Assembly: GCA_032718475.1 (NCBI GenBank)
Contig: JAUCBJ010003769.1
Span: forward strand, 1-34,313
Source of the DNA: Nemertoderma westbladi
Taxonomy: Eukaryota > Animalia > Xenacoelomorpha
Reading direction: 5' to 3'
Length of the DNA: 34,313 bases
A program made the translations under genes and the position numbers. Of this stretch, positions 23,341 to 34,313 are shown piece by piece (position 1 is the first letter of the stretch; every line of letters begins with the position of its first letter). The notes under the pieces are model-generated. The model saw only the letters and a program-made list of their open reading frames with translations. It searched no databases and was not told the origin of the DNA.

Positions 23341-25434
23341 GTACTACTACTAGGATCGGCATGCTGCATTGCAGCTGCATTTTTTAAGAATGCTGTGCCG
23401 GCTTATCGACAAAATTACACCGCCACAACTCCCTATCACCCATGACATTTGCTAGATCATCCGCATCTTCAAGGCCAGTGTACTTTAAGATGCGTCTCAA
23501 GAAAGTCATGGGCTGTCCACCATGCTTATTCACTCCATGAGGCTGCCAAAGTACATGATTATGCACTGGCTGGTCCTCACGGCGAAAGCAATGTCCTGCA
23601 AAGCGGAGGCGATTTTGTTCTAGTGTCAAGCTTGGGGGAACCAATGAGACACCTCCAATGTTATATAGTGTCTGGTTGGAGATGTGTGCATTGTACTTGA
23701 CACAATGTACCCGGCGTAGCATTCTTGTGAATGTGCCATCCAGAGATTTGGTGTCCTCAGCAGTTAGAGCCCAGCATGGACTCCCGTAGAGGAGTACTGG
23801 AACTACTGCTGCTCTAAATAATCGGACCTTAAGTTTCCGATTAATTCTAGGTGACTTCCAAATCCTGGAAAGCCTATTCAAGGCTGCCCATGCCTTTCCC
23901 TTACGTATTCGAAGGTCCTCACCTGACTTCCGGGTCCATGATCCCAGGTAACAGAAGTCATCCACATGCTCAAGCATACCATCCTTTGAGATTATGGTCA
24001 TACGATCAGAGACTTGCTGAGGACTTTCAAAGTTAACTGTCAAAATGTTGGTCTTTCTGGAGTTAATAAAAAGACCAACACTAGAAGCAGCATGTTCTAA
24101 TGAGCTGAGGAGCCGTTGGGCTCCATCTAGTGATTCTGAGAGTACTCCTAAGTCATCAGCAAAGTCTAGATCAGTTAGGTACTTGGCAGGATTTCCTCGA
24201 CTTCTGGAGCCACTAGGTTATCATCACCCCATCATCATTATGATGATCTAAGGACATGCGTAGAACATAGTCAACAACAATTATGAACAAGAATGGTGTA
24301 AGTGTGTCTCCCTGGAGGACGCCCCATAACACTTCAAATGGTTCTGTGTCACTGTCAACAGTAGACACAATAATGTTGTCGAACCATCGTATACTGATCT
24401 GATTGCTGCAATAATTTCATCAGGAATCCCATATAATGAAAGTATGCTGAACATACGTGAGCGAGAGACTGAATCAAAGGCTTTGAAGAAGTCAACAAAG
24501 ATAACAGCCAGATGCCTGTCTTTCTTTTTTTGATAATTCTTCAATTATCCTTCTAAGTGCCAAAATGGGCTCCATGGTCCCACGACCTTTACGGAACCCA
24601 TTCTGATTTCCACGGAGCAGTCTCTCAATGGGATCCCTGAGGCGATTTAATAGAATTCTATTGTATAGCTTTGCAGCAATCGAGATCAATGAGATTCCCC
24701 GAAAAGAACCATAGAGTGTTAGGTTGCCCTTCTTGGGAACTGGCACCAACTTATTTGTTTTCATTTCTTGTGGGACTCTTGTTGTTCGGTACATGTCTAC
24801 TATGATGGGATAGATGAGCTTTAAACACTCAGGTATTTTAAAGACCTCAGGGGGAACACCATCTACTCCACTGGCACGATTGGTCTTAATGCTCTTTGCA
24901 GCAGCCTTCACTTCTGCAAAGGAGATATCGCCAATGGGAATATCTGGGAGTACAGACTCAGACACTTTTACTTCTATAAAGTTATCAGGCAATACCCTGT
25001 CATTATTGAGGAGCTTTTCAAAGTGGGCTTTCCAACCATTGAGGCGATCGGCTGGTGATTCAGCCTTAACCTTGGTGGTTGGTTGGCTTTTTCGACCAGC
25101 AAGCAAGTTGATCGATCTTCATGCCTGGGATGATTGCCTGCTGTCGTCAGCATCATTGATGGCATCAACCTGTTGGTTTATTAGCTCCTGTAAATTAACA
25201 GAACTGCCTGTTCAGGGACCTAGATGCAGCCTTAACTGCATTCTTGGCCCCTGTAGTCTGTTTGAGTCGGGTCTCTTTCTACGCCTTGTAGAGGTCATTT
25301 CGGCACTTCTGAATTTTGTTGTCAGTCCAGGGGTCCGTTTCCTGTTTCGAGGGTATACAGGACTGTTTCTGCAGCTGCTAACTTAACTGCCTCTGTGAAG
25401 GCAGTATAGTCACAGTGATCTGCCGCCTCGGCAG
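23341..25434 (-). mobile_element. 5'-truncated RTE-clade LINE with frameshifted reverse transcriptase
   Basis: NQNGFRKGRGT, FVDFFKAFDSV, QGDTL, DLDFADDL, FCYLGS, VLLYGS and RLRFAGH motifs. Short (TAG)n 3' tail at about 23343-23352. Confidence 0.92.
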
Positions 25435-25554
25435 ACAACCAGGCGCTAAACATTACTTCGTCTTCGCTTAAAACTATTGAAGGACTTTTAAAAGTTTTTT
25501 AAAATAAATTATACATTATGCATACATATATAATACAATAAATATTATTATTGT
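25435..25554 (+). repeat. 120-bp direct repeat, right copy
   Basis: Matches 23221-23340. Confidence 0.9.
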
Positions 25555-25702
25555 CAATACATTTTGCAGTTTCCATAGGCTACATCTAATAGTTATTACC
25601 GGCAATACAGTTTCAACAGACTCTCGTACTGAGCGAAAGTAGGCCTACCACAACGTTTAATGTTTTAGTATATGATTTTTGTCAATTTTTTTTAATATGT
25701 TT

Positions 25703-26428
25703 CTAAAATATTCCATTGAATGTTACCAGCAACAAAACCATAGGAAATATCGGTGTAGCAATGGTTGAACTGCTTGGAATCTTCTCATCTGTTGTCGTTT
25801 CTTCAACCGCACTGACGGTAGTTGCTGTAGTTAGATTCACCCCCCAAACTGGAGTATGACACTCACCAGGACAACATATCATTTGGCACGATGTGTACTT
25901 GACTGTGGCTCCGTGAAGAAAGGAATCTCTAACAGCAATCATAACCCGAACGATGTCATCTTGAGCGTTTTCCACATCCTTGAAACTCTGGTGATCGATT
26001 TTAAACCCATTTTCATACTGTTGTATAAATGTTGGACACCTGTCTTCACCCAGATCCAAGCAAATAGCGGTGAAGCCGCCAGCACCATCGCCTGAGCACC
26101 CTTCCACTGTTCCCTCGATCATGAACTCATCGCCAGTGTCATCGTGTACAGCGATATTTCGATAGAACAAATTGGCACATTCGGTACAATTGTACACGAT
26201 GCGTCTGATATCATGATGGCGTTCTGTTGTGAAACCATGTTCATCTAACCATTGTTGATTGCTATTAGCTAGATTCGCGAATTTTTCATCCATCGTGTGT
26301 TGTAGTCCCTCAGTAGTTGCAGTAACGCTCGCGGTTCCTTCGGAATAGCACGTAACATCCCCATAACAAACCATTATATATGGTATAACGTAAAGAATGT
26401 ATAGTGATGTGATCTGATAAAACACCAT
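25703..26428 (-). CDS. Intronless Cys-rich surface protein, probably GPI-anchored, possibly a divergent Ly6/three-finger protein
   Basis: 241-aa ORF with a hydrophobic N-terminus ending VCYG/DVTCY, about 9 Cys ending in CQMICCPGECH, a Thr-rich stalk, then SSS and a hydrophobic C-terminal tail. Confidence 0.7.
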   Translation of the reverse strand: MVFYQITSLYILYVIPYIMVCYGDVTCYSEGTASVTATTEGLQHTMDEKFANLANSNQQWLDEHGFTTERHHDIRRIVYNCTECANLFYRNIAVHDDTGDEFMIEGTVEGCSGDGAGGFTAICLDLGEDRCPTFIQQYENGFKIDHQSFKDVENAQDDIVRVMIAVRDSFLHGATVKYTSCQMICCPGECHTPVWGVNLTTATTVSAVEETTTDEKIPSSSTIATPIFPMVLLLVTFNGIF

Positions 26429-26524
26429 TGTAACATATGGTTATGAGGTCTTTTAATGGCAATTAATTATTCTATTACACATTATGTGCACATATGGCAA
26501 TAGATGACCTATTCGAAATCAGGT

Positions 26525-26690
26525 GTGTGGGTATGGTGAGCCACAACGAAGCCTTGGTGACCCTTAACGTAGCGGTATAATTATTGAACAGTCTGTCGTA
26601 GTCATTGTCATGGTTGGAAATGTTTGAAGGCTAATATGTCGGTCAATCTTTGATGAAATGTATCCAAACTTGGTGCACATGTTTATCAAA
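26525..26690 (+). mobile_element. Fragment of the DINE-like family that starts at 1351
   Basis: GAGCCAC...CCTTAACGTAGCGGTA...TTGATGAAATGTATCCAAACTTGGTGCACATG is similar to 1360-1510. Confidence 0.6.
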
Positions 26691-26869
26691 ATATAACATT
26701 CGACACAAAGACATACTTCTATAGTTCCTCTGCCCTGTCATCAGTACTCACAATGATCATAATCATTGTTTTATAGCAATATATTTTGAAAACAATATCT
26801 TCAATGGGCGGCTACAACAGATGAAAAGGGGTGATAATGTAAAGTGTTATATCTGTAATCAAATTTGAG

Positions 26870-27345
26870 TTAAGAATGGTTTGCCGGCTTATCGGAAAAA
26901 TGCCATAAACTGCCAAAACTGCCATAACAATGCCCTATCACCCATGTGCCGCCAGTGCACTAATGCACAAGATCGTTCAAGGAAAGTTCCTCACGTCGAA
27001 AGCTATGTCCTGCAAAGCGGAGGCGGCTCTGTTCAAGCACCAAGGTTGGGGGACCAATGATACACCTTGATGTTGTATAGGGTCTGCCTGAAGATATGTG
27101 CATTATTCTTGACACAATAAACCCGGATTACATTTCTAGTATATGTGCAAACCGGAGAATTTGTTTTCCTCAGAAGTTTGAGCCCAGCACTGGTTCCCAT
27201 ATACGAGTACTGGCTCGACAGCTGCTCTAAATGATCGAACTTTATGATTCCGATGTTTTCTATGTGACTTCCAAATCCTGAACAGCCCATACATCCTTCC
27301 GGATGAATGATCCAAGTCACCACAACACAACAAGCTCAAGTATGT
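26870..27345 (-). mobile_element. Degenerate RTE-clade LINE 3' fragment
   Basis: RIWKS...FRAAVEPVLVYG and NAHIFRQTLYNI match the RTE ORF at 23384-24043. Confidence 0.8.
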
Positions 27346-28269
27346 TGAAAATTGGAAATCACTCAACTATTCTTGTGCAGGTCCTTAGCTGATGATATGT
27401 ACCTACCTACCTGTCTATTCAATCTCACTCTGGTCTCGACCAGGGGTCCTGATGTCTGTAAACCCAGTCCAGGGTTTAGTCTGGAGTCTACCAGAGGAGT
27501 GTCAATGAAAGATATTGATAATATTATCAATTACTCAATTGAATGTTATTACTGAATATTATTCAATATATTGATTAATATATCAATAATATATTCATAT
27601 TTAATTCAATATAGCAAACTATCTCAAGTACGTTGAGGTTAGTGTAAATATAATACCAATAAGTCAAATACACCGATAGGGGTTTGTAAGTACTGCAAAA
27701 TCACCTCGACGAGAGAGAGGTGATGTTTGAAGTAGCTAATAAATCCACCAATAAACACCATCTAACCAATATAATCAATATTGACAACATCTGACTAAAC
27801 TAATATTAACACCTTGGTTATCTTCACCCTATTCCAAGAGCAATAAGGGGCACTTTCCCCCCTAGTATATCAATAATAAAATATATATCCCCACTTTGGG
27901 CCGAATCCTGCAATCTAATTTTTCTCACCTCAACTCAAGTACATATTCTAATACTATAAAAATCAAGGCTCCCCCCGATGCCTTACTCACCTTTTTTTTT
28001 ATTATACCATATTATGTTGACTGTCCAATAATTGTGAAAATAAAACTATGATTAACTAATGGTTAATCATAATCATATAAAGTTCTTTTCTACTCCTGTA
28101 AAGTAATAATATTCAAATATTCCTAGAATTATATCATTTATATTATATATTATATCAGTTAGATCACCTCTCCTGCTGTTCCTTAAAGTAATAGAAACCG
28201 AGAATAATGCAATGTCTGTGGTTTCTTCAATACGTTATCTTGCCCCCTGCTGCGAATGATTCATCTGAA

Positions 28270-29340
28270 TTATTATCATAGCATTCTGAGACATTATGTC
28301 CCCAGGATACGCCATCGCCGTCCATCGCCTATTCAATCGCCTATTCAATCAGTTACATGCTGCCAGTAAATGATCAAGTCCACCGCAATATACATATTAT
28401 GTCAACCCTGTCTCCTTAGCTATGTAGGTTAACTTGATATGGTGTAGGTAGACAGACTCCCACAAAATCCACACCCTGGATTCGAATACCATTGATCTAA
28501 ATTGTGTTCCCTTGTGGGTCTCCCATCTTCTGTGGTTTCTTTATATAATACAATGCTGGTCTCCCATGACTTCTCCCATGTACTTCTTTCTCCATTTGTG
28601 CTACTTTAAGAGCTGATTATATATAGTCTGATTTATAACTTCAAATATTTACTATTTGTTCCAACATTACAAATTTATGTATATAATGCGATTCATCTTG
28701 TTTTAATTCCATGTAACCCTACTCTCGTTTCCGTATCTATTCCGTATCTGTTGCATCGCTAATATTCCCTTTCCAAGGTCCCTCATTCCATCCGGTAATA
28801 ATTTACGACAATATCGGGTTGGTTGGTTATAGTATGCGTTGCGTTGCTGTACTAATTTACTTGCTACATGCCATAGTCACACTAATTATTGTTCTCATCG
28901 TGTGTCTTTTGTACTCAGTGACTGACTTAACAATAATATAGATTTCTCGTTGAAATATAGACTCGATCCCATCTGTCTCTTAAGAGCTGCTCTGTAGTTA
29001 AATTATTTATATTTATTAATTCCAGGAATTACTTATTCTTCCCTTTGTATCCTTTCCTCACTCTCCCGTTTCGCATGATGCTGTTTTCACTATTTGCATC
29101 CGAAAAGAGTCTCCATTAAAGGACTTAAAACCGGTGGACTCCCGACTTCTGGATTATCCACCATTCCCGGTATTTGCTGCCGATTGTGCCTGTACCATTG
29201 CTGTTTCAATAGCAATGGTAACTTACATTGTCGCACTTACATTATCACTTACATTCAAAGTTGTTGAAATACATCTCTCGTTGACATACCCATTCTGCTG
29301 CTCACCTTACTCAGACAGATTGGGGTTTTTGAGCTCCTTA
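28270..29340 (-). mobile_element. Highly degenerate LTR-retrotransposon gag-like relic
   Basis: Minus-strand traces of Cys/His knuckles (GCGFCGS, HLLAAC, GHNVSEC) among many stops. Confidence 0.3.
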
Positions 29341-29610
29341 TTTATTATCCATCACATCTAAATGCAATTCACTCGTGTCGGATGTATATTTATGTATATT
29401 TATGTCATTTATATATTATATATATTACATTTCACTGCCATCAACGTTCTAAACCTCCTGCATCAGGAGCTGGTGAAACGTGACGTCGATGCCAATCAAC
29501 ACAAAGCGGCTGCAGATGCCAGCCTCGATAAACTAACTCAGATACAACAGCATGACAATGCGGCATGCAAGCTCACTGAGGCCAACGGCAGACTGATGGG
29601 CACACTCCAA

Positions 29611-30520
29611 GTCACTTTCCACCACTCTTTGCTCTGGTGTCTTGAACAATTCTATACCAATCCTGATGTTGTCCCCATTCTGTATGTAATGGTAAATAAA
29701 TTGTCTTGATAGTGTCTTGGAGGTAGTTTCACTGCCCATGCTTTTACTATATACTTGTCTACGGCTGCCTGTACTTCTTTATGTTGTTTGTCATTCCTCT
29801 CCAATTTATATTTCATTCTCTCGAACCGTTTTAACACCATTACCAAATTATTTCTCAATCCTTGTTGCTCATCCTTCCATAACATTCGTATTTTGAAATG
29901 TCCATCTTTAAATTGTATTGATTGTTCATATAAATTCTTTCTTGTATATCTTCTTGTGAGTCTCCCAATGTCAAATCGAAGAGTCCTTCACAGTCCTGGT
30001 TAAAAATACCATCCAGATCTTATTTAATTAATTCCCTCATCACTGATGCCTTCTTCTTTACTCTCTTCCATCTGATCTATTTCCATCTGTATTCCTACAT
30101 TGTCTCCATCAACTGGGCCATATATCACCCACTCAAATGATCTCAGTTTTTCCCATGGGCTGTTTCTTATTCCTCATCACTCGTCTCTGGTCTCGAAACA
30201 TTCGGGATTGTCGACCCCTATTCATTAGACTAACCATGGGTACGTCCACTTTTTCATGGCTAAAATCAATATTGCAGAGATGATCATAATGTGCAGTTTA
30301 TTTTGCACTGGGTTGCGACTTACTTATTGTTAGGTGGTCCATTGTTGCCATTTCTGTTGCAACTATACTGAAATTTCCTCTCCCCTCCACCACTGGTACA
30401 ATAGTTTATGGGCCTATCCCAAGGCGTCCTTTAATTCTCTATTAAAGGATGCCAGTAGTAATGGTTTACCCTACTTCTGCGACAGTTTGGTCCTACTTCA
30501 CACCTTGGGTGTTAAGTAGG
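29611..30520 (-). mobile_element. Degenerate BEL/Pao LTR-retrotransposon pol fragment (protease to RT region)
   Basis: Manual reading gives HYDHLCNIDF, IGVDNP, WVIYGPV, SQED and IQFKDGHFKIRMLWKDEQQGLRNN...KRFERMKYKLERND, the motif order characteristic of BEL/Pao pol. Confidence 0.7.
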
Positions 30521-31104
30521 TCATTAATTAATTAACCAATTAATTAATTGGTCGATTAAACAATTAATTAATTGTTTAATCAATCGATTTGTATCAAATA
30601 ATGTTGCCAAAGGCAATTTAATTTGACACAAATCAATCAGATAGGGACGCGCGATGAATAAATTGTACTACAGCAAACGAAATATCGAGGCCCAAAACAT
30701 AAATATACCCTTTCACGAAAATAAAGTGGGCCCAGTTTGGCCCCGAGTCATCCCTCAATAATCTGCGGTTGTTGGGCTCTTATTAACCGTAGCATAACTA
30801 ACCCAAACATCAACGCGTGAATGGGGCCTGCCACAGAGTTTAAATTATTCAAACCTATAGCTTCGTTATTACATCAATTCGTCCGAGAAATTATAATAAA
30901 CATCTGCTCTTGCAATAGATTGCATTCTTCTTTCACAACTCCATTCTAACCTCCCTCTATAATAGCCCCTAGTCACCGCATTCCCATTCATTCTCTAATT
31001 TTTATTTTTAAAAGTTTTATTTATTTTCATAAAAGTTTTATTTATTTAAAATTTTGTAAAATCATTCAGCGAAAATTCATAATATCAATTGACATTGCTA
31101 TATA

Positions 31105-32154
31105 ATGCATAGAGATGAAAGATGTTTGGTTTGTAATAAAGAAATGAGACAAGATAATCTATCTCGTCATATGGAAAGACATAGAAAGGATAAACTAATG
31201 GATCCATTACCAAAGAAATTTAAAAAATCCGAAGATGTTTTTAGTGAAGATGAAAAGAAAAAGAGAGTTGAGCGTGATATTTTAAAGATAAAACAGACAA
31301 TGGAAAATAAATTTCATAAAGTTATGAATATTTTGAAAGGGATACAAAAACAGTTACCCCTAGAAAATGATGAGAATTTGAGTGAGGAAGATGAAGAAGA
31401 AGAGGACGAAGAGATGGAGAATGAAAATAGTGAGGGTCAAGATGAAGTTGAAGAGAGTGAAGTTGGGAACGAAGAAAGTGAAGATCAGAAAGATGACGAA
31501 GAAAGTGAAGGTCAGGAAGAGGGTGAAGATAGCGAAGGTCAGGAAGAGAATGAAGAAAGTGAAGAACAGGAAGAGGATGAAGAAAGTGAAGAACAGGAAG
31601 AGGATGAAGAAAGTGAAGAACAGGAAGAGGATGAAGAAAGTGAAGAACAGGAAGAGGATGAAGAAAGCGAAGGTCAGAAAGAGGATGAAGAAAGTGAAGG
31701 TCATGAAGAGGACGAAGAAAGTGAAGAACAGGAAGACGACGAAGAAAGTGAAGGTCAGGAAAGTGAAGAAGATGATGAAAATGATAATAATAAGGAAATA
31801 TTGAGACAATTACTTGGAAATAAGAATATATTGCGGAAAATTATTAAACATTTAGAAGAGAATGGTGAAAATAAAGAAGAGATATTGAGACAAATATTAG
31901 GAAACAAAAATCAAATGCGGAAATTTATTAAACAAATGGAAGAAAATGAGGAAAATAGAGAAGAGATATTAAGACAGGTTCTGGGAAATAAAAGTAAATT
32001 ACTGAAAATTAATGAACAATTGAATAAAATTAAGAAACTGTTGGTTAATGAGGAAGATGAAATTAAAGAAAATCAACCAGCATTTACTTATTTTCGAAGA
32101 CCTATGACAACAAACTCTCGTACAGTATTTGCCCGCGCAGGAGGACACTATTGA
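31105..32154 (+). CDS. 349-aa protein: C-x2-C-x11-H-x3-H finger, basic NLS-like PKKFKK, coiled coil, (EEDEESEEQ)n acidic tract and three 28-aa helical repeats
   Basis: Intact ATG-to-stop ORF. Conserved with 17911-18961, with in-frame differences in repeat number. Confidence 0.8.
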   Translation: MHRDERCLVCNKEMRQDNLSRHMERHRKDKLMDPLPKKFKKSEDVFSEDEKKKRVERDILKIKQTMENKFHKVMNILKGIQKQLPLENDENLSEEDEEEEDEEMENENSEGQDEVEESEVGNEESEDQKDDEESEGQEEGEDSEGQEENEESEEQEEDEESEEQEEDEESEEQEEDEESEEQEEDEESEGQKEDEESEGHEEDEESEEQEDDEESEGQESEEDDENDNNKEILRQLLGNKNILRKIIKHLEENGENKEEILRQILGNKNQMRKFIKQMEENEENREEILRQVLGNKSKLLKINEQLNKIKKLLVNEEDEIKENQPAFTYFRRPMTTNSRTVFARAGGHY

Positions 32155-32342
32155 CATTTGTTTGTTTGAGTTCCTTTCATAATAGTATTAAAACTATTTA
32201 TCCATAACAATTATATTAGTATTAGGACTATTTATCCATAACATTTATATTAGTATTAGGATTATTTATCCTTAATTATTATATTAGTATTATAAATGTA
32301 TTTGCCAACAATATTTATTACTATTAGGTCTATTTATTCAAG

Positions 32343-32490
32343 TTTACGGGGATCTGACCTACCGGATCGGTATTGATCTCCCCCCCGCTTGGTGTTGGGC
32401 CCTTTAGAGTGGTGCAATTTGTACTTTGTGCTATAAGGTGTTTTATATCTACTATATTTGGCTAATATATTTTCTTATTATAAAAAAAAA
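32343..32490 (+). mobile_element. 148-bp poly(A)-tailed retro-insertion with a 12-bp TSD
   Basis: TATTTATTCAAG at 32331-32342 and 32491-32502, with an A9 tail. The homologous site in copy 1 (about 17722-17733) is empty. Confidence 0.85.
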
Positions 32491-32723
32491 TATTTATTCA
32501 AGAAATTATATGTTTTTTATAATATATTTTGGAAAATTAGTCGACTAAGTCATAATTTTTAAAACTTTAAATAAGGGTGGAGTTATTTTATAAAGTTAAG
32601 AAGAGTGAATCAATGGAGGCAACCTGAAGTCTCATATCTTGCCCTTTACTCATAAGACCGCACGTTAACTCCCAAGGTTGCATACTATCACTATAGCTGG
32701 GAGAGTCAAAGCTAGTGTACAGG

Positions 32724-34313
32724 AGTGAGGGAAGTGAGGCAGTGAGGAAGTGAGGGAAGTGAGGGAATGAGGGAGGCAGTGAGGGAAGTGAGGCAGTGAG
32801 GCATAGTGAGGCATAGTGAGGCAGTGAGGCATAGTGAGGCAGTGAGGCATAGTGAGGGAAGTGAGGGAAGTGAGGGAAGTGAGGCATAGTGAGGCAGTGA
32901 GGCATAGTGAGGCAGTGAGGCATAGTGAGGCATAGTGAGGCATAGTGAGGCATAGCGAGGCATAGCGAGGCATAGTGAGGCATAGTGAGGCAGTGAGGCA
33001 TAGTGAGGCATAGTGAGGCATAGTGAGGCATAGCGAGGCATAGTGAGGCATAGTGAGGCAGTGAGGCATAGTGAGGCATAGTGAGGCATAGTGAGGCATA
33101 GCGAGGCATAGCGAGGCATAGTGAGGCATAGTGAGGCAGTGAGGCAGTGAGGCAGTGAGGCATAGTGAGGCATAGTGAGGCATAGTGAGGCATAGTGAGG
33201 CATAGTGAGGCATAGCGAGGCATAGTGAGGCATAGTGAGGCATAGTGAGGCAGTGAGGCAGTGAGGCATAGTGAGGCATAGTGAGGCAGTGAGGCAGTGA
33301 GGCATAGTGAGGCATAGTGAGGCAAGTGAGGCAGTGAGGCAGTGAGGCATAGTGAGGCATAGTGAGGCATAGTGAGGCATAGTGAGGCAGTGAGGCAGTG
33401 AGGCATAGCGAGGCATAGTGAGGCATAGTGAGGCATAGTGAGGCAGTGAGGCATAGTGAGGCATAGCGAGGCATATTGAGGCATAGTGAGGCATAGTGAG
33501 GCATAGTGAGGCATAGTGAGGCATAGTGAGGCATAGTGAGGCATAGTGAGGCATAGTGAGGCATAGTGAGGCATAGTGAGGCATAGTGAGGCATAGTGAG
33601 GCATAGTGAGGCATAGTGAGGCATAGTGAGGCATAGTGAGGCATAGTGAGGCATAGTGAGGCATAGTGAGGCATAGTGAGGCAGTGAGGCAGTGAGGCAT
33701 AGTGAGGCATAGTGAGGCATAGTGAGGCATAGTGAGGCATAGTGAGGCATAGTGAGGCATAGTGAGGCATAGTGAGGCAGTGAGGCATAGTGAGGCATAG
33801 TGAGGCATAGTGAGGCATAGTGAGGCATAGTGAGGCATAGTGAGGCATAGTGAGGCATAGTGAGGCATAGTGAGGCATAGTGAGGCATAGTGAGGCATAG
33901 TGAGGCATAGTGAGGCATAGTGAGGCATAGTGAGGCATAGTGAGGCAAGTGAGGCAAGTGAGGCATAGTGAGGCATAGTGAGGCATAGTGAGGCATAGTG
34001 AGGCATAGTGAGGCATAGTGAGGCATAGTGAGGCATAGTGAGGCATAGTGAGGCATAGTGAGGCATAGTGAGGCATAGTGAGGCATAGTGAGGCATAGTG
34101 AGGCATAGTGAGGCATAGTGAGGCATAGCTGAGGCTATGCCTCACTATGCCTCACTATGCCTCACTATGCCTCACTGCCTCACTGCCTCACTATGCCTCA
34201 CTATGCCTCACTGCCTCACTGCCTCACTATGCCTCACTATGCCTCACTATGCCTCACTATGCCTCACTATGCCTCACTATGCCTCACTATGCCTCACTAT
34301 GCCTCACTGCCTC
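32724..34313. repeat. Head-to-tail (TGAGGCATAG)n satellite that inverts at 34129-34134 and runs off the window
   Basis: Directly visible. Variants TGAGGCAG, TGAGGGAAG and CGAGGCATAG. (CTATGCCTCA)n from 34135. Confidence 0.97.

Larger units (their letters stand above)
30941..32717 (+). mobile_element. Second, diverged copy of the internal region of the Maverick-like element
   Basis: Reverse-complement homology to 17518-19126 across the promoter, gene, 34-bp repeats and downstream sequence. Confidence 0.9.

Noticed and set aside
24814-25386. 190-aa plus-strand ORF and other short plus-strand ORFs in 23449-24251
   Set aside because: Antisense shadows of the RTE reverse transcriptase.
31360-31809. 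Lys/Arg-rich and Phe-rich ORFs overlapping the acidic tract (also 18340-18744 and the 5' part of 17911-18684)
   Set aside because: Alternative-frame and antisense shadows of the purine-rich 27-bp repeat.
32588-34145. Three 477-512 aa minus-strand ORFs (MPHYASLCLT)n
   Set aside because: Translation of a 10-bp satellite that lacks stops on that strand. All three frames are open, so there is no coding evidence.
32724-34313. Telomeric repeat at the window end
   Set aside because: The array inverts internally and the same 10-mer occurs inside the upstream element. Not excluded without the flanking sequence, but unsupported.

Overview
AT-rich eukaryotic genomic DNA, probably from an invertebrate (spliceosomal exons, LINEs, Helentron-like repeats), dense in transposon relics. 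Host coding sequence is limited to two phase-1 exons (TSP1-like, LamG/pentraxin-like) and an intronless, probably GPI-anchored Cys-rich gene. The main object is a 6757-bp element (14893-21649) with AGTAGT...ACTACT termini and a 6-bp TSD (GTTATT), which are Polinton/Maverick-type ends, but with no polymerase, integrase or capsid gene. Each long inverted arm holds a terminal hairpin, CTCF-like motifs, a tRNA-like Pol III unit and an array of palindromically arranged TGAGGCATAG 10-mers. The arms enclose one gene: single C2H2-like finger, coiled coil, acidic repeats and 28-aa helical repeats. The finger's recognition helix (RQDNLSR) is predicted by the C2H2 code to read GAG(G/T), the core of the array. 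An intact second copy of the gene (31105-32154) lies beside a head-to-tail array of the same 10-mer that inverts near the window end. I infer a possible self-binding protein/array module on a non-autonomous Maverick-like element; this is untested. All calls were made by eye, with no database searches.
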